Source: Candidatus Harpocratesius repetitus (lineage in GTDB: Archaea > Asgardarchaeota > Lokiarchaeia > Sigyniarchaeales > Promethearchaeaceae). Taken from it: a stretch of DNA of 32,000 nt. Location: assembly GCA_021498095.1 (NCBI GenBank), contig JAIZWK010000001.1:1110001-1142000 (forward strand). The letters run 5' to 3'. The notes below the pieces were generated by a model, which searched no databases, was not told the origin of the DNA, and saw only the letters and a program-made list of their open reading frames with translations. Of the stretch, positions 30,301 through 32,000 are shown in pieces. Numbering within the stretch: position 1 is the first letter of the stretch; every line of letters begins with the position of its first letter. A program made the translations under genes and the position numbers.

Positions 30301-30562
30301 TCCCTTGAGGATTTCGCAATGATATTTCAATTGTTGCTTCTTTTTCTTTATTTCTAAGATAATCAGTCAAACGTTCCATTCGAATTGTGCGAGATCTTAA
30401 TCCAAATATTAATCGTAAAGCGTCTAAGAACAAGCTTTTTCCAGATCCATTTTTTCCTGTTAAAACTGTGATTCCATCGGGTAACGAAACTGAAACATTG
30501 TCATATAGTAAGAAATTATCAATTTTTATATTTTTAATTAGTCCTAATGCATTTGTTACCAT
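27389..30562 (-). CDS. SMC-family ATPase, Smc5/6-like
   Basis: Walker A GKNGSGKS, long coiled coils either side of a hinge (VIGPIYQLLDV..WRDAASLSLNNILFDFV), signature HSSGQ, Walker B/D-loop AIDEFDRGLD, QFILVAP. Confidence 0.9.
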   Translation of the reverse strand: MVTNALGLIKNIKIDNFLLYDNVSVSLPDGITVLTGKNGSGKSLFLDALRLIFGLRSRTIRMERLTDYLRNKEKEATIEISLRNPQGIDEKQRILHSKNLKFNKKYLWNEEVKIRRKIHPAGRTTFYIYNPDNRKFDKLSGADVKDLLEAYSNVGIDANDELVFVPAEDFLAFINDSPENRYNIFMGKLGLKKIEEKYKMIIKNLKTKREEKGDLEQKISQKKLENSKLEILHRQWLEKQEKQKELKKTSKLLEYADLIEIQKKINKNNRDLNQNQEKLKEFQKNLSKEEKKLKEISVKYNEFNEIFVNKKKKLKKGTEIYNQIKGSKSALSNQEAKINRELQKFSKEKKIKETKISELKLKINNIKRTTKEKDILSEYNNRLAELNSQKKELENKIEIIENKIKKRNNEIIIEFDKKEKHLRKTRRDLENKKRELSAEEQSRDKKGSGKQNRRVLIAQLFKDQIKKANLHKKVIGPIYQLLDVQPHHEKWRDAASLSLNNILFDFVALDKDSFDRLHELRKSTNDFRRISIGYLDPQNLPQRVFITDGKINTIRKESGRDVEFVHKVLVGDQNAIYYARIHSGGDNVLIDETNAKFILEMSLKYRFQFMSIDGFSYRSKEGSTRSPGQSKLIVSIGEKLTDTNSMIKNIQQQLIDLERDLKSLSNQRRNALRTDKNIQNLHQKRDEILKQIGKLEDQITKVEQAKHEKDPNRLIKNFNHQIEQIKKELEKLDNSTQLKEKELESILEELETQENKLHEFESKFLDLKKEVEKSEKEKAEWEEKVRDQKESVNEIKNEIYEIEAFLKQTQNILVKLNNEREILEEKFKGQKIPEKIPEKIILKDRVQRLSNEIKKMKITDEDEELYQQSKAFIASLQEKIKEYTKSIDSLEKEGKEWSEKISYTVTEKVDHVNSLFKEILNSIGADGTIEINEESNIPKLIIHTQFGLEEPRPIAQHSSGQKQAGIIALVLALQTQSVTPITAIDEFDRGLDPVSKRNLILQIPNMISRAMELKESDFTGKISPQFILVAPDISLKEMTEGMNYITCVKTKNNTVIA

Positions 30563-30641
30563 TTATACTTCCTTCCTGTTTTTTTTTTGATTCTTTTCTT
30601 AATTTATATTTGTTTTTATTTTATTGTTAATAGACAAAAAA

Positions 30642-31625
30642 CTAAGATTCACCTGATAAAACATCGTAATCAGCATTGAAGTTATAATTTTCTTTATTCT
30701 CTGATTCAGAATCGATAGAAGAATCTTCTTTATTATTGATTTTTGAAATTGATTTTATTGCTTCCATTAAAATTTTGAGGGAGAATTCAATTTTTTCATG
30801 TTTATCTTTTCTATTTGCATAACTTCGTAAAACTGCAATTTGAAAGACACGTTCGATATCAGCTCCAGTCATTGAAGTTGATGCCCTAAGTACTCCTGAT
30901 TTATTTTCATCATCATTTAAATTAATATTCACATCAAAATTATCATTTTCACGCAATTTTTGAAGGAAATGTTCGATTAATTGAAAACGCATTTCATCAG
31001 ATGGAGGTGGGAAATCAATTTTAAATGTAAAACGCCTCCACACCGCTTTATCTAGTTGATTTGGATGATTTGTAGCTCCAATAATTCCCAAAGGAAGTTT
31101 TTTTTCTAAAACCAAATCCAATTCTTGTAAAAATGAAATTACCATCCTTTTGATTTCTCCGACATCGCTTTTATTTGCCCGTTCACTTGAAATAGCATCT
31201 ATTTCATCAAAGAAAAGAATAATCGGATTTTTTGTTCGAGCATACATTTCTGCTTGTCGTAAAAGATTTTTTACGCGATTAAGAGATTCTCCTAAAAGTG
31301 AACCAATCAAAGCATTCGAAAAAACAACAATAATTGGGATTTTGTATTCCTTTGCAAATGCTTTTGCTAAAGTGGTTTTTCCTGTTCCAGGAGGCCCAAC
31401 TAGTAATGCAGAAAAAATTATTGGAATAGGGAATTCAATAAAGGTTGAATCTTTTGAATAATCGTTTAACGCCTTAAAAAAAGAATTCAAATAGGTTTTT
31501 TGTTCATCTAAACCTAATAATTCGTCTTTTTTAATTTTAATATCATTTGGCATATATATTTCCCCAAACTGCCCTAAATATTGTTCTATTTTTGCTTTAA
31601 TGCTAGTATAATCTTCTGGTTTCAT
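30642..31625 (-). CDS. Single-domain AAA+ ATPase
   Basis: LVGPPGTGKTT, LFFDEIDAI..R..DVGEIKRMV, IGATNHPNQLDKAVWRRF. Confidence 0.92.
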   Translation of the reverse strand: MKPEDYTSIKAKIEQYLGQFGEIYMPNDIKIKKDELLGLDEQKTYLNSFFKALNDYSKDSTFIEFPIPIIFSALLVGPPGTGKTTLAKAFAKEYKIPIIVVFSNALIGSLLGESLNRVKNLLRQAEMYARTKNPIILFFDEIDAISSERANKSDVGEIKRMVISFLQELDLVLEKKLPLGIIGATNHPNQLDKAVWRRFTFKIDFPPPSDEMRFQLIEHFLQKLRENDNFDVNINLNDDENKSGVLRASTSMTGADIERVFQIAVLRSYANRKDKHEKIEFSLKILMEAIKSISKINNKEDSSIDSESENKENYNFNADYDVLSGES

Positions 31626-32000
31626 TCTGATTTCTCTCTAATGCGTTGTTTCAAAGGATGATTTTAAACAAAAATCGAAAATGGTAAAGAAATAGAGTGT
31701 GATCGAACTCTTGAAATAAAAAATACACCATTTGATAAAAAATTTTCGCTAAGTTTAGAAAGAATGTATGGTATTGTGAGATGTAATAATAATAGACAAC
31801 CTTTTGCTTATAAAATGAAAAAATTTAAGAAGCTGGATAAGATCTCGAATATATTTTCATATTTACTAATTGACCTTAATATTTTTGCAGATTGATAATA
31901 ATATTTTAAAGTTTTTTTCCTAATGTCATCTTTGAAAAAAAAGAAAATTATTAATGAAATTACAAATCGATTTCTTGAGCTAATTTGATAAGTAAATTAT

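Noticed and set aside
27389-30562. Rad50/SbcC assignment
   Set aside because: No central CxxC zinc hook and no adjacent Mre11/SbcD; a globular hinge and a kleisin are present.
11107-31461. Other short overlapping ORFs (11107, 15065, 18382, 19107, 20533, 20745, 20936, 21048, 22553, 22984, 23418, 23435, 24291, 26256, 30387, 31150)
   Set aside because: They overlap better-supported genes or intron RNA and carry no motifs.
24823-31625. Calling the cluster Wadjet (jetABCD), MukBEF or Lamassu
   Set aside because: No JetD/TOPRIM nuclease or Lamassu effector is visible, the gene order differs, and the SMC motifs look Smc5/6-like. A nuclease beyond the window end cannot be excluded.
31640-32000. Open stretch of about 75 codons on + (TKIENGKEIECDRTLEIK...) and a possible upstream minus-strand gene
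   Set aside because: Stops precede the + stretch with no convincing start or recognisable family, and all minus frames are interrupted; at most an unidentifiable remnant.
1-32000. tRNA, rRNA, CRISPR array or IS transposase
   Set aside because: No cloverleaf, rRNA-like GC-rich tract, regularly spaced repeats or transposase motifs recognised by eye.

Overview
AT-rich archaeal window, most likely an Asgard archaeon of the Lokiarchaeia/Promethearchaeota type. This is inferred from GatDE, archaeal AsnRS, Elf1, a Loki-CTERM-like sorting tail and eukaryote-like motifs, not from a search. Left part (1-12 kb): gatE(3')-gatD, asnS, a GT4 glycosyltransferase, then a minus-strand run of Elf1, a coiled-coil/polyproline protein ending in an Ena/VASP FAB/WH2-like helix, two membrane left-handed beta-helix proteins and a Lys-rich Zn-ribbon protein, followed by a trx-trxB pair. 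Middle (12-23 kb) is accessory: a repeat surface protein, a TPR plus longin-like gene broken by one TAA, ArsR with an ABC exporter, a decayed group II intron, and a duplicated gene (one copy dead) bracketing the block. Right part (23.5-31.6 kb) holds the strongest candidate for an undescribed system: a co-oriented five-gene cluster of AAA ATPase, Smc5/6-like SMC, triple winged-helix protein, kleisin (ScpA-like) and Nse1-like KITE, with no nuclease gene in the cluster, converging on a Zn-ribbon/tandem PC4-like gene. All family calls are by-eye motif recognition; no database searches were run.
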